This document shows, one piece after another, positions 8,490 through 18,205 of a DNA stretch of 64,000 nt. The stretch covers positions 61,766 through 125,765 of the forward strand of contig JAXHLI010000011.1 in NCBI GenBank assembly GCA_034522365.1. Direction: 5' to 3'. The notes beneath the pieces were generated by a model. That model was not told the origin of the DNA and did not search any database. It was given only the letters and a program-made list of their open reading frames with translations. Every line of letters starts with the position of its first letter. Position 1 is the stretch's first letter. Position numbers and translations under genes: made by a program. This DNA comes from Desulfurivibrio sp. GTDB taxonomy: Bacteria; Desulfobacterota; Desulfobulbia; Desulfobulbales; Desulfurivibrionaceae.

Positions 8490-9563
8490 TCAGCCCTGGA
8501 ACAGGCGGCTGATATCATTGTAAAAGACAAAGACCATCAGGGCGATGATCAACATTAGGCCGACCTGGGAGGCGATCTCCCGCACCTTCAGACTCACCGG
8601 CCGGCGGGTGATCGCCTCGATGGTGTAGAAAGTCAGATGGCCGCCGTCGAGGATCGGAATCGGCAGCAGGTTGAGAATCCCCAGATTGATACTGATCAGG
8701 GCCATGAAATGGACGAAATTGAGCCAGCCCGCTTCCATTTGCTGGCCCGCCAACTGGGCGATCAAAATCGGCCCGCCCAGTTCCGAGGCCGGAACGATCT
8801 GTTGCAGCATCTTGACAATGGCCAGCAGGGTCAGCCAGATGAGGCTCCAGGTCTGGGCAAAGCCCGAGGTGAAAGCGGTAAATATCGATACCGACTGGTA
8901 AACGGTGTTACTGCTGCGGGTAATGCCGAGCATGTAACGCTGACCTACCACTTCGCCGAAAACATTTTTGACCTCCCGCTCGGCCGGTGTTGCGACGGTG
9001 GTGAAAGTTTCCCCATCACGTTCAATGGTCAGCTCCAGCGGCCCGCCCTGGCTGTCGCCGATCAGCCGGGCCATTTCCTCCCACTTGGCGGTGGCGTCTC
9101 CGTTGATGGCGACGATGCGGTCGCCCTCTTGCAGTCCGGCGGTGGCCGCCGGGGAATCGGCGGCGATTTCGCCCAGGGTGGTGCCGGGAGCCGGTTGGGG
9201 AAGGCCCACCGTGGCAAAGATCATAAAAAAGAGCAGCACCGCGAAGGCCAGATTGAACAAGGGACCGGCGGCGACGATGACAAAACGCTGCCAGAGCGTT
9301 TTGCCGGAGAAAGCGCGCCGTCGGTCGGCGGGGTCGATCTCCTCGTCGGGATTCTCACCCAGCATATTGACATAGCCGCCCAGGGGGAAGGCCCCGATCC
9401 GGTATTCGGTCTCCCCGGCCCGCCGGCTGAGCAGCTTGGGACCAAAGCCCAGGGAAAAGGTCAGCACCTTGACTCCGAAGAGTTTGGCAAAGAGAAAATG
9501 CCCCAATTCATGGACAAAGATCAGCAGCCCTAAAACAATGATAAACGAAATGATGGTAGTCAT
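8490..9563 (-). CDS. rseP: RIP metalloprotease RseP
   Basis: HELGH, GGYV, PDZ domain, NLLPIPILDGG. Confidence 0.95.
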   Translation of the reverse strand: MTTIISFIIVLGLLIFVHELGHFLFAKLFGVKVLTFSLGFGPKLLSRRAGETEYRIGAFPLGGYVNMLGENPDEEIDPADRRRAFSGKTLWQRFVIVAAGPLFNLAFAVLLFFMIFATVGLPQPAPGTTLGEIAADSPAATAGLQEGDRIVAINGDATAKWEEMARLIGDSQGGPLELTIERDGETFTTVATPAEREVKNVFGEVVGQRYMLGITRSSNTVYQSVSIFTAFTSGFAQTWSLIWLTLLAIVKMLQQIVPASELGGPILIAQLAGQQMEAGWLNFVHFMALISINLGILNLLPIPILDGGHLTFYTIEAITRRPVSLKVREIASQVGLMLIIALMVFVFYNDISRLFQG

Positions 9564-9584
9564 AAATTAACTGTTTGTTTACGG

Positions 9585-10790
9585 TTAAGCCGGTTCGACG
9601 TTTTGCTGCCGGCGGTGCATGGTTTTGATCATCAGGGACTCGACCACCGATTCGGCCAGCATCCGGGCGGCCAGGTCGGCGGAGAGCACGGTGGCGAGCC
9701 GCTCGGCTCTCTGGTGTTCGGCCCGGTTCAGGGTTTCGGCCACCACCAGGGCGATCTCGGGAAATCTGATCTTGCCCTCCAAAAAGGCCTCCACCGCCAC
9801 TTCGTTGGCGGCGTTCAGGGCCGCCGGCATGGTGCCGCCCCGTTTACAGGCCTTGTAGGCCAGTTGCAGGGCCGGAAAACGCTGAAAATCCGGTGGCGTG
9901 AAACTGAGATCGCCGCATTTGGTCAGATTCAGCCGGGGCAGCCCCAGGCGCAGCCGTTCCGGGTAGGCCAGGGCGTAAATGATGGGAATCCGCATATCGG
10001 GAATCCCCATCTGGGCCACCACCGAGCCGTCGATATATTCGACCATGGAATGGACGATACTCTGGGGATGCAGCAGGACCTCGATTTGTTCCACCGGTAC
10101 GGCAAAAAGCCAGTGGGCCTCGATGACTTCCAGCCCCTTGTTCATCATGGTGGCCGAGTCGATGGAGATCTTGCGGCCCATGGACCAGTTGGGGTGGGCC
10201 AGGGCCTGTTCCGGCTGGACATCCCACAATTCCCGGGCCGGGGTCTGGCGGAAGGGGCCGCCGGAGGCAGTCAGAATCAGGCGGCTGATATCCTGGTGGC
10301 GACCGGCTTCCAGGGCCTGGGCGATGGCGTTATGTTCGCTGTCGATGGGCAGCAGCCGCACTCGCTGGCGGGACACCTCGTTCATTACCAGATCGCCGGC
10401 CATCACCAGGGTTTCCTTGTTGGCCAGGGCGATATCCTTGCCGGCGCTGATGGCGGCCATGGTCGGGGTCAGGCCGGCGGCGCCGACAATCGCCGAAACC
10501 ACCAGGTCGCTTTCCCGCAGCCGGGCCACTTCCTCGTTACCGTTCTTGCCCACCAGGACTCGCTCACCCCAGCCCGGCGGCAGGCTCTGGATCAACTCGC
10601 CGGCGGCATCACCGTCGGCCACCGAGACCAGTTGAGGGTGGAAGGCTTCGATCTGCTCCTTGAGCAGGGCGATATTTTTGCCCGCCGCCAGGCCCAGTAC
10701 CCGGAAGCGACCGGGGTACTGGCGTACCACCTCCAGCACGTTGCGGCCGATGGACCCGGTGGAGCCCAGCAGGGAGATATTCTTGGTCAT
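9585..10790 (-). CDS. dxr: 1-deoxy-D-xylulose 5-phosphate reductoisomerase
   Basis: GSTGSIG, LANKETL, PIDSEH, HPNWSMG, NKGLEVIEAH. Confidence 0.97.
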   Translation of the reverse strand: MTKNISLLGSTGSIGRNVLEVVRQYPGRFRVLGLAAGKNIALLKEQIEAFHPQLVSVADGDAAGELIQSLPPGWGERVLVGKNGNEEVARLRESDLVVSAIVGAAGLTPTMAAISAGKDIALANKETLVMAGDLVMNEVSRQRVRLLPIDSEHNAIAQALEAGRHQDISRLILTASGGPFRQTPARELWDVQPEQALAHPNWSMGRKISIDSATMMNKGLEVIEAHWLFAVPVEQIEVLLHPQSIVHSMVEYIDGSVVAQMGIPDMRIPIIYALAYPERLRLGLPRLNLTKCGDLSFTPPDFQRFPALQLAYKACKRGGTMPAALNAANEVAVEAFLEGKIRFPEIALVVAETLNRAEHQRAERLATVLSADLAARMLAESVVESLMIKTMHRRQQNVEPA

Positions 10791-10857
10791 AGGTTACCTG
10801 TTTTAAAAGCCTGTTCCCCACCGCCGGCGTGGGGCGGAGTGGTTATACGCACTATCC

Positions 10858-10917
10858 GTAATCGTTTACCAGGGTAAATAACTTGTTGATATAACTGGCC
10901 GTAATCGTTCGGTCAGT
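10858..10917 (+). repeat. Degenerate GTAAnCGTTCA-family repeat overlapping the cdsA 3' end
   Basis: gtaatcgtttaccagg...ataactggccgtaatcgttc aligns with the copies at 36381, 43378, 52231 and 58595. Confidence 0.55.
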
Positions 10918-11723
10918 AATACCAGGTAGTAGAGCAGGGGCACCACCAGCAGCAGGGAGTCGATCCGGTCCAGCAGGCCGCCATGGCCCGGCAGCAGGGT
11001 ACCCGAATCCTTGAGACCGGCGCCGCGTTTAAGCAGGGATTCGACCAGATCCCCCACCACGCTGGCCAGCGAGAGGATAAAGGCAAAAAGCAGCGATTGC
11101 AACAGCCCGATCTCCGACAGCCACCACCAGACCACCAGAAAACTGCCGAGCATCGCGGCGACTACACCGCCGATCAACCCTTCCACGGTTTTACCGGGGC
11201 TTAAAGCGGGGCAGAGTTTGTGGCGCCCTAAACGGGTGCCGGCGTAATAGGCGCCGGTATCGGCGGCCACCGCGATGATGGCGGCCAGCAGCAACCAGGA
11301 ACGGCCGGCGGGCTGGGCCAGCAGCAGCGGGAAATGGGCCAGCAGCAGGGCCGGATAAAAGATCCCCAACACCGCCCGGGGCAGAAAATCAAAAGCTGGC
11401 CCGCTTACTTCGTGGCCCCCGTGCTCACTTGCCTGGGTGGCGGCCAGGCTCAGCAGCAGCAGGCCGGCAAAGGCCGCCATGGCCCCACCGGCAATCCACA
11501 GTGGCTCGGCGCTGACGGCGCTTAGCACCGGCAACAGGGCCAGCAGCACAAAGGGTCGCCGCCAGCGGGACTCGCCACCGCCGCGCAGCAGCATGGCGGC
11601 GTATTCCTGCAAAGCCAGCAGGGCCAGCAGGCAGATCACCAGCCAGAAGATAACCGGCGGCGCCAACAGCAGCAGCAGCAGCCAGGCAACGCCGATAATC
11701 AGGCCGGTCAGTACTCTAGCCAT
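10866..11723 (-). CDS. cdsA: Phosphatidate cytidylyltransferase
   Basis: DTGAY, SPGKTVEG, GDLVES..KR..KDSG..PGHGG..DRIDS. Confidence 0.95.
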   Translation of the reverse strand: MARVLTGLIIGVAWLLLLLLAPPVIFWLVICLLALLALQEYAAMLLRGGGESRWRRPFVLLALLPVLSAVSAEPLWIAGGAMAAFAGLLLLSLAATQASEHGGHEVSGPAFDFLPRAVLGIFYPALLLAHFPLLLAQPAGRSWLLLAAIIAVAADTGAYYAGTRLGRHKLCPALSPGKTVEGLIGGVVAAMLGSFLVVWWWLSEIGLLQSLLFAFILSLASVVGDLVESLLKRGAGLKDSGTLLPGHGGLLDRIDSLLLVVPLLYYLVLLTERLRPVISTSYLPW

Positions 11724-12468
11724 TACCGACGCCCCCGCCGTCAGGGTCGAGTTGTTCGCTGGTGTGCCCGAAACGGCGTTGGCGTTGCTGGTAGTCGTTG
11801 ATGGCGGCCAGTAATTGTGGGCGGCCGAAATCGGGCCACAGGATCTCGGTAAAGTAGAGTTCGCTGTAGGAGAGTTGCCAGAGCAGAAAATTGCTGAGCC
11901 GGGTCTCGCCGCCGGTGCGGATCAGCAGATCAGGATCGGGGAGCTCGGCGGTGTCCAGGTAGCCGGCGATGGTCTCTTCGTTGATGGCGTCGATGGGCAG
12001 GCGACCGGCGGCCACCTCGGCGGCCAGCCGGCGGCTGGCCCGGACGATCTCATCGCGACTGCCGTAGCTCAAGGCCAGGTTGAGAATCAGGCCTTGGTTG
12101 GCGGCGGTGCGCTCGGCGGCTTCGGCCAGCACCCGTTGCACCCGGGGCGGCAGCGCTTCAATGGTGCCGCAGGTCCGTAAGCGGACCCCGTGGGTCAGCA
12201 GCTGGTCAAGCTGATTCTGCAGGTAGTTTTCCAGCAGGCCCATCAGACTCTCCACCTCGGGGCCGGGCCGGCGCCAGTTTTCGGTGGAGAAGGCGTAGAG
12301 GGTCAGGACCTCGACGCCCAGTTCCCGGGCCCCGGCCACCGTTTCCTGGACCGCGCGGACTCCGGCCTGGTGCCCCATCAGCCGGGGTTTGCCCCGCTTT
12401 TTGGCCCAGCGGCCGTTGCCATCCATGATGATGGCGATATGGCGGGGCGGGTGACCGGAAACGGGCAT
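11716..12468 (-). CDS. uppS: Undecaprenyl diphosphate synthase
   Basis: IIMDGNGRWA, FSTENW, IRTGGETRLSNFLLWQ, RRFG. Confidence 0.97.
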   Translation of the reverse strand: MPVSGHPPRHIAIIMDGNGRWAKKRGKPRLMGHQAGVRAVQETVAGARELGVEVLTLYAFSTENWRRPGPEVESLMGLLENYLQNQLDQLLTHGVRLRTCGTIEALPPRVQRVLAEAAERTAANQGLILNLALSYGSRDEIVRASRRLAAEVAAGRLPIDAINEETIAGYLDTAELPDPDLLIRTGGETRLSNFLLWQLSYSELYFTEILWPDFGRPQLLAAINDYQQRQRRFGHTSEQLDPDGGGVGNG

Positions 12469-13022
12469 CAGACTTCCATCAGCTCCTTTTCCTTGTCGGC
12501 CATGATGGTGTCGATTTTGGCGATCGCGGCGTCGGTTTCCTTCTGGGCCTCGTCCTGGAGGCGGAAGAAGTCGTCCTCGGGCAACTGCTTGTCGTTCTTG
12601 AGCTTCTTGAGGCGGTCGATGGCTTCCCGCCGCACGTTGCGAACCGCCACCCGGTACTCCTCGCTGAGCTTTTTCAGTTGCTTGACCAGCTCCTTGCGGC
12701 GCTCCTCGGTGAGTTGGGGAATCGTCAGGCGAATTACCTTGCCGTCGCTGCTGGGGGTCAAGCCGATGTCGGAGGCCATGATCGCCTTTTCGATGGCCTT
12801 GCTCTGCTGGGCGTCCCAGGGCTGGATGACGATCATGCGGCTTTCGGGGATGGTCAGGGTGGCCACTTGGTTGAGCGGCAGCTGGGAGCCGTAGGCCTCC
12901 ACCTTGATGCCGTCCAAAATGTTCAAGGAGGCCCGGCCGGTGCGAATCCGGCTTAATTCGCGACGGTAAGCATCCAGGCTCTGATCCATCTTTTCGGACA
13001 TCTCCAGAATTACTTCATCCAT
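12468..13022 (-). CDS. frr: Ribosome recycling factor
   Basis: IRTGRAS, LTEERRKELVK, RNVRR; synteny. Confidence 0.97.
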   Translation of the reverse strand: MDEVILEMSEKMDQSLDAYRRELSRIRTGRASLNILDGIKVEAYGSQLPLNQVATLTIPESRMIVIQPWDAQQSKAIEKAIMASDIGLTPSSDGKVIRLTIPQLTEERRKELVKQLKKLSEEYRVAVRNVRREAIDRLKKLKNDKQLPEDDFFRLQDEAQKETDAAIAKIDTIMADKEKELMEV

Positions 13023-13028
13023 TGGTTG

Positions 13029-13769
13029 TCACTCCTTTGCTGACCCGATGATGGTTCCCACCTGGGCACCGCTGACCGCCTTTCTCATGTTGCCGGGGAC
13101 CATCATGTCAAAGACCATGATGGGAGTGGCGTTATCCATGGCCAGGGAGATGGCCGCCGCGTCCATGACCCGCAGGCGGCGGGTGAGGACATCCTCGAAG
13201 CTGAGGCTGGTGAAGCGGGTGGCGTCGGGGTGTTGCAGGGGATCCCGGTCGTAGACGCCGTCCACCCGGGTCGCCTTGCAGAGCAGATCCGCCTTGATTT
13301 CCAGGGCTCGCAGCATGGCGGCGGTGTCGGTGGTGAAATAGGGGTTGCCGGTGCCGGCGGCGAAAATCAGCACCCGGCCCTTGTTCAGATGGTGCTGGGC
13401 CTTCTGGCGGGAGAAGGTTTCGCAGACCGTGGGCATGGCGATCGCCGACAGCACCCGGGCGGCGACCCCGCTGGCTTCCAGGGCGTCATGGAGGGCCAGG
13501 GCGTTGATCACGGTGGCCAGCATCCCCATGTTGTCGGCGGTGCTGCGGTCCATGCCGGCGGCGGAGCCGGCCATGCCGCGAAAAATATTGCCGGCCCCGA
13601 TCACCAGCCCCAGTTCCACCCCCAGGACGTTGATTTCCCGGATCTCAGTGGCCAGGTACTGGAGTACTTCGTCGCTGATGCCATAGCTCTGACCGCCCAT
13701 CAGGGCTTCGCCGCTGAGCTTGAGCAGTACCCGTTGGGGTTTGTTGCTGGTGGAGGGCTCCGTGGTCAT
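13029..13769 (-). CDS. pyrH: UMP kinase
   Basis: LKLSGEAL, GNIFRG, GTGNPYFTTD, DGVYDRDP. Confidence 0.97.
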   Translation of the reverse strand: MTTEPSTSNKPQRVLLKLSGEALMGGQSYGISDEVLQYLATEIREINVLGVELGLVIGAGNIFRGMAGSAAGMDRSTADNMGMLATVINALALHDALEASGVAARVLSAIAMPTVCETFSRQKAQHHLNKGRVLIFAAGTGNPYFTTDTAAMLRALEIKADLLCKATRVDGVYDRDPLQHPDATRFTSLSFEDVLTRRLRVMDAAAISLAMDNATPIMVFDMMVPGNMRKAVSGAQVGTIIGSAKE

Positions 13770-13810
13770 TGAAAATATTTCCTGAGGTTAAAATGATGAG
13801 GTTTGCCGTT

Positions 13811-14413
13811 TTAGTAGCCGACCTGGAAATGGGCGAAACGCTTAACGGTGATATTTTCGCCCAGTTTGGCGATCAGCTCATTGAGCAGATCCTGAATGGT
13901 CAAATCGGGGTCTTTGACGAACTTTTGTTCCATCAGGCAGTTTTCGGCATAGAATTTATCCATCTTGCCATCGACGATCTTATCGACGATGTTTTCCGGT
14001 TTGCCGGAATCCAAGGCCTGCTGGCGATAGATCTGGCGTTCCCGCTCCTGCGTCTCGGCGGGCACTTCCTCGCGGCTGATGCCGATGGGGCCGGCGGCGG
14101 CGATATGCATCGCGATATTTTTGGCAAATTCTCGGAATTCGTCGTTTTTGGCCACAAAGTCGGTCTCGCAGCCCACTTCTACCATGACCCCGAGTTTGCC
14201 GCCGGCGTGGATGTAGGTTTCGATCACTCCTTCACTGGTGGCCCGGTCGGCCCGTTTCCTGGCCACCGCCAGACCCTTCTGGCGCAGCAGGTCGACGGCC
14301 TTTTCCAGGTTGCCTTCGGTCTCATTCAGGGCCTTTTTGCAATCCATCATGCCCGCGTTGGTTTTATCGCGGAGTTCCTTAACCATTTGTGATGTAATCT
14401 GCACGTCTGTCAC
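13811..14413 (-). CDS. tsf: Elongation factor Ts (short form)
   Basis: VKELRDKTNAGMMDCKKAL, CETDFVA. Confidence 0.97.
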   Translation of the reverse strand: MTDVQITSQMVKELRDKTNAGMMDCKKALNETEGNLEKAVDLLRQKGLAVARKRADRATSEGVIETYIHAGGKLGVMVEVGCETDFVAKNDEFREFAKNIAMHIAAAGPIGISREEVPAETQERERQIYRQQALDSGKPENIVDKIVDGKMDKFYAENCLMEQKFVKDPDLTIQDLLNELIAKLGENITVKRFAHFQVGY

Positions 14414-14514
14414 CTTTTACTTGTAACGGCGACCCCAGGGGTGGGGCCGCCACTATGAGAAATTTCCTGTTCCAAACTGTACCCCGGCGGCCGGCAGGCC
14501 ACGGTCGTCGGCAA

Positions 14515-15327
14515 CTAAGCCGTGGTTGCGGCGGCCTCGCCAGCCGGTTCCGGCTGTCCGGTTTCGCCTTCGCCCGCGGCCACTTCCACTTCCGCGGCCT
14601 TGTCGGCGGCGGCCTGTTGGTCCATGGCGTGGCTCTCTTTACCGGCCAGGATGGCGTCGGCCAGCTTGGAGCAGACCAGGCGGATGGACTTGATGGCGTC
14701 GTCGTTGCCCGGAATCAGATAGTCGATGCCGGTGGGGTCGCAGTTGGTGTCGGCGATGGCCACCACCGGGATGCCGAGCCGGTTGGCCTCGGTCACCGCG
14801 ATATCTTCCCGCTTGGGATCGACGACAAAGATGGCGGCGGGCAGCGTTTTCAGGTCCTTGATCCCGCCCAGGTTGCGCTCCAGCTTCAAGGTCTCCTTCT
14901 GGATCATCATGATCTCTTTTTTCTTGTAGCGGTTGATGGTGCCGTCTTCCTGCATGGTGGTGTAATTCTTGAGCCGATCAACGCTCTTTTTGATGGTCTG
15001 GTGGTTGGTCAGCATGCCGCCCAGCCAGCGGTGATTGACGAAGTACATGCCGCAGCGTTCGGCTTCTTCGCGCACGATATCCTGGGCCTGGCGCTTGGTG
15101 CCGACAAAGAGGACGCTGCCGCCCTTGGCCGCCGCCTTGGCCGTGTACTCGCAGGCCCGCTTAAAAAGGGGCAGGGTCTTGTCGAGGTTGATGATGTAGA
15201 TGCCGTTACGGGCCCCGAAGATATAAGGCTTCATCTTGGGGTTCCAGCGCCGGGTCTGGTGGCCGAAATGCAATCCGGACTCCAGCATCTCCCGCATGCT
15301 GATCGAGGGTGTTTCCACTTGGGTCAT
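14515..15327 (-). CDS. rpsB: 30S ribosomal protein S2
   Basis: [33 protein letters not shown]; ATG 15327 follows an AGGAG RBS. Confidence 0.97.
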   Translation of the reverse strand: MTQVETPSISMREMLESGLHFGHQTRRWNPKMKPYIFGARNGIYIINLDKTLPLFKRACEYTAKAAAKGGSVLFVGTKRQAQDIVREEAERCGMYFVNHRWLGGMLTNHQTIKKSVDRLKNYTTMQEDGTINRYKKKEIMMIQKETLKLERNLGGIKDLKTLPAAIFVVDPKREDIAVTEANRLGIPVVAIADTNCDPTGIDYLIPGNDDAIKSIRLVCSKLADAILAGKESHAMDQQAAADKAAEVEVAAGEGETGQPEPAGEAAATTA

Positions 15328-15344
15328 GATCTCTCCTTGCAAAA

Positions 15345-15463
15345 TGTTTTGGTTGGGCCGCCGTTTCCGTTACCCAACCCCGAAGATAACAACGGGGCAC
15401 CAAAGGGAATTCCGCGCCACCGGCGATTATAATCGCCGGCGGTGAGCGCCGGAAACGTGTGAA
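15345..15463 (-). promoter_or_regulatory. Putative S2 (rpsB) autoregulatory leader
   Basis: Structured 5'UTR (GCCGGCGATTATAATCGCCGGT hairpin, CACACG...GGTGCCCCG/CGGGG) at the position of the known rpsB leader. Confidence 0.45.
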
Positions 15464-15570
15464 TTTAAAAAACCGGTCAACATTACAGTATCGGCGGGTC
15501 TTTTGCAACTATGAAAAAAGGGGTGGGAAAAGGAGCAAAGAAAGACCGGTGGTTGGTCCGGCCGCCGGCC

Positions 15571-15897
15571 TTAAATCAGCACGTTGACCAGGGTGCCCGG
15601 GGGGGTGGTGGCGGTGGAACTGACCGCCTGCAGGTGATTGGCGCGGGCCTGGCGCAGTTGCTGCTCGGCCTGTTGCTCGTTGGCCCGAGCCTGGCTGAGG
15701 CGTTCCATGGCTTGCTTTTTGCGCTGCTGGGCCTCGCGGACCTGCTGTTCGGCTTCCTGGCGCTGGTTTGCGGCCTGGCGCACCTGCCGGCCGCTTTCCC
15801 GCACCTCGCCGTTGCGCTGGTTGGCACCTTCGCCCACCAGGGCTTTGGTTAACTGCGGGGCTTGCGCCGGGCTATGGGAGCCGATCTCCGGGGCCAT
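15571..15897 (-). CDS. Small Q/A/R-rich coiled-coil hypothetical protein
   Basis: GGAGGG RBS; helical repeats (RQAANQRQEAEQQ/QARANEQQAEQQ); C-terminal PGTLVNVLI. Confidence 0.65.
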   Translation of the reverse strand: MAPEIGSHSPAQAPQLTKALVGEGANQRNGEVRESGRQVRQAANQRQEAEQQVREAQQRKKQAMERLSQARANEQQAEQQLRQARANHLQAVSSTATTPPGTLVNVLI

Positions 15898-15991
15898 GGG
15901 CCCTCCGCCTTACTTGGTCAGGATGGGTTGCCGACTAAAACGGCTTTTATTGTTTTTAGCACAAAAAAAAGCGGCTTGGCAAGCAATTAAA

Positions 15992-17767
15992 TCATGATTC
16001 CACACCCTGCAGCATCTCGTCGATCACCGTCAGGCCGCCGTGCCAGAAGGAGGGATCATCGAGGTCTACCCCGAAGGGTTTGAGCAGTTCGTAGGGCGAG
16101 GCCGAACCGCCACTCTTGAGCAGTTCGAGATATTGGGGCACGAAGGCTTGCCGGTCCTGCTGGTAGAGACGATAGAGGGCCAGAACCAGCAACTCGCCAA
16201 AGGCGTAGGAGTAGACATAGCCCGGGGTGTTCAGGAAATGGGGAATGTAGGACCACCAGCGGGCGTAATCGTCGCTTAGACTAACGCTGTCGGCGAACAT
16301 CTCCCGTTGGCTGGCCAACCAGTGGCGGGAGATCTCCTCACTGCTCAATTCGCCCTGCTGGCGGCGGGCGTTGTGGACCCGGTCTTCAAAGCGGTTCATC
16401 GCCACTTGACGGAAGACGGTGGCGAAGATCGATTCCAGCTTCTGGCAGGTGAAGGCGCGGCGGGCCTCGGGGTCGGTCAGCAGTTCCAGTTGGCGGTTGA
16501 AGAGTAGCAGTTCGGCGAAGACCGAGGCGGTTTCGGCCAGCACCAGGGTGGTGGCGGAGTTGTAATAGCCCCGCTGGCTGGCCAGGTACTGGTGCACCCC
16601 GTGCCCCAGTTCGTGGGCCACGGTGGAGATGTCGCGCAAATTGCCGGTATAATTGACCATGATGTAAGGATGCACCGCCGGGACCGCCGGGTGGGCGAAA
16701 GCGCCGCCCCGCTTGCCTTCCAGGAGCGGGGCGTGGATCCAGTTTTCGTTAAAGAAGCGCTCGGCGATCTCGGCCATCGCCGGGGTGAAATCGGCAAAGG
16801 CGGCCAGTACCAGCTCCCGGGCCTGGTGCCACTCCACCACCTGTTCGGGGAGGTGGGGCAGCGGCGCGTAGCGGTCGTAGTCCAGTAATTCATCGACCCC
16901 CAGCAGCTCCTTTTTGAGTCGGTAATAGCGCTGGGGAATATCGTAGCGGCCGGTGACCGCCTCGATCAGGGTGTCGACCGTCCCGTCGGTCAGCTCGTTG
17001 TCGAGATTCATCGAGCTGAGCCAGTGGGGGTATTGGCGCAGCCGATCGTCGATCATCTTGTCGGCCAGCAGGGTGTTGAAGGTGTGGGTCAGGACGTGGA
17101 GCTGACTGTCCAGGCCGGCGGTGAGCTCGGCCGCCGCCTGCCGCCGCTGGTCCCGCTGGGGCAGGTGCAGGTCGCTCAAGACTTCTTCCTCGCTGCGCCC
17201 CGTGGTGCCGAACTTGAGGTGGCCCATGATCTTGTCGAAAAGGGTGGTCCAACTGCCGCGGCCAGCCGGCGCCTTTTCCAGCAGCAGGGCCTCTTCGGCG
17301 TCGCTCAGCAGGTGGGGGGCGTAACGCCGCAGGCTGGCCAGGTGGTGGCGGTAGTGGGCCAGTTCGGGGGCGGCCAGCAACGCCTCGGCTTCGGCGGTCG
17401 CCAGCCGGTTCCATTCCAGTTCGAAAAAGATGGTCTCCTTGCCGATCCGGCTGCCGGCCTCGCGGATCTGCTGTAACAGCGCCCCGGCGGCGGCATCCCT
17501 GGTGTTGGTGGTGAAATTGAGCATGGCAAAGGTGGCGACCCGGCCCAGCCTGGTTTCCAACTCCTCCAGGCGCGCCACCAGCCCGGCCAGCCCGGCGGCG
17601 TCGAGCTCGGCCAGACGGCCGGCAAACTGCTGGTGGATCGCTTGCGCCTCCTGCTCGCAGTGGGCCAGATCGCCCCGCAGTTGAGGGTCGTCGGCCCCGG
17701 TATAGAGATCGTCCAACTGCCAGATTACCTTATCGGTGCCCAGTTGGGCGTTTAATTGCTCACTCAT
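15992..17767 (-). CDS. pepF: M3 family oligoendopeptidase F
   Basis: WQLDDLY, GKRGGAF, HELGH, AETAS, IPHF..YVYSY; probable start MSEQL at 17767. Confidence 0.92.
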   Translation of the reverse strand: MSEQLNAQLGTDKVIWQLDDLYTGADDPQLRGDLAHCEQEAQAIHQQFAGRLAELDAAGLAGLVARLEELETRLGRVATFAMLNFTTNTRDAAAGALLQQIREAGSRIGKETIFFELEWNRLATAEAEALLAAPELAHYRHHLASLRRYAPHLLSDAEEALLLEKAPAGRGSWTTLFDKIMGHLKFGTTGRSEEEVLSDLHLPQRDQRRQAAAELTAGLDSQLHVLTHTFNTLLADKMIDDRLRQYPHWLSSMNLDNELTDGTVDTLIEAVTGRYDIPQRYYRLKKELLGVDELLDYDRYAPLPHLPEQVVEWHQARELVLAAFADFTPAMAEIAERFFNENWIHAPLLEGKRGGAFAHPAVPAVHPYIMVNYTGNLRDISTVAHELGHGVHQYLASQRGYYNSATTLVLAETASVFAELLLFNRQLELLTDPEARRAFTCQKLESIFATVFRQVAMNRFEDRVHNARRQQGELSSEEISRHWLASQREMFADSVSLSDDYARWWSYIPHFLNTPGYVYSYAFGELLVLALYRLYQQDRQAFVPQYLELLKSGGSASPYELLKPFGVDLDDPSFWHGGLTVIDEMLQGVES

Positions 17768-17794
17768 TTTGTTGCTCCATCGGCTGGAATTGAA

Positions 17795-17842
17795 GTAACC
17801 GAACAGCCGCACCACACGTTATCGGCCCTGTTGAACGATTAG
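17795..17842 (-). repeat. GTAAnCGTTCA-family repeat
   Basis: Reverse complement ctaatcgttcaacagggccgataac...ttcggttac closely resembles the 43378 copy. Confidence 0.65.
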
Positions 17843-17912
17843 GGGTTGAAGTATCGGCCAACCCCCGAGTGTAGTCCGGCTGTCGGGGGGTGTCAATCGC
17901 TGTTAGAGGCCG

Positions 17913-18035
17913 GTGTCTTCCCGGGCAGTATATGATCTGGAAATGGTAGAAGCCTACCGCGTTTTCATCCGCCCAGGCGGCATGTTTGAGCAGCTCTCGA
18001 AAAACGAAGTTTTCAACCGGGCTGCCAACCCACAT
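17913..18035 (-). pseudogene. Fragment resembling the C-terminal DUF4143 domain of an AAA ATPase
   Basis: VENFVFRELLKHAAW...FYHF resembles the DUF4143 motif; no upstream ATPase body. Confidence 0.45.
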
Positions 18036-18205
18036 AGTAAATCACCGGGAGGAAAAAGCGCCCCCGAGCTTAACCACCGCCACCCAGGAGTTGCCCAAAG
18101 GCGTGATTCTCATTGCGCGACGGGGCCAAGCGCGATATACAGGGCTGTTCAGGTGGCAACTTTACTCGCTTAACTCGTTAATCCTCTGTTGTTCAATTGG
18201 TGGCC

